A DNA stretch of 64,000 nt from Candidatus Kuenenia stuttgartensis (GTDB taxonomy: Bacteria > Pseudomonadota > Alphaproteobacteria > SMXS01). Shown piece after piece: positions 63,993-64,000 of the stretch. Where the stretch lies: positions 1,509 to 65,508 of the forward strand of contig CALQFM020000014.1 in the NCBI GenBank assembly GCA_943329845.2. Reading direction: 5' to 3'. The notes beneath the pieces are model-generated. The model was not told where the DNA came from and searched no databases. It saw only the letters and a list, made by a program, of their open reading frames with translations. The position numbers and the translations under genes are program-made. Every line of letters starts with the position of its first letter. Position 1 is the first letter of the stretch.

Positions 63993-64000
63993 GCCCGTCC

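Overview
High-GC (roughly two-thirds G+C by eye) alphaproteobacterial chromosome segment. (1) 1-19 kb is an accessory catabolic island. It holds tandem MFS transporters, three cytochrome P450s (one with a premature TAA), a Nu-class-like GST plus an extended MAPEG protein, a heteromeric acyl-CoA dehydrogenase pair, a LuxR solo with a non-AHL pocket, a Rieske oxygenase, VOC/EthD/SDR/CoA-transferase genes and a GPH transporter. (2) 19-35 kb has vapBC followed by core genes (ftsEX, plsC, class II nrdJ, chaC, thpR, tesA-ybbA-ybbP, a BI-1/YccA protein). nrdJ carries an odd synonymously recoded 81-bp patch over its catalytic NPCGEQ motif. (3) 36.2-39.05 kb is the most striking element: a Cyc2-type porin-cytochrome, a monoheme cytochrome c and a cytochrome b561, bracketed by two diverged direct copies of a double-hairpin element with compensatory base changes and an invariant 20-nt loop. 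(4) 39-64 kb has htpG, nhaA, acnA, a complete ccmA-I locus split by an SH3-gene insertion, NUDIX, an Xre-RES toxin-antitoxin pair with a duplicated junction, yciB-ftsY-mtaB-dapF, and a kup / truncated kdpD-like / kdpE unit with a KdpE-type direct repeat. I saw no rRNA, tRNA, CRISPR array, transposase or integrase. All family calls come from motifs read by eye, not from database searches.
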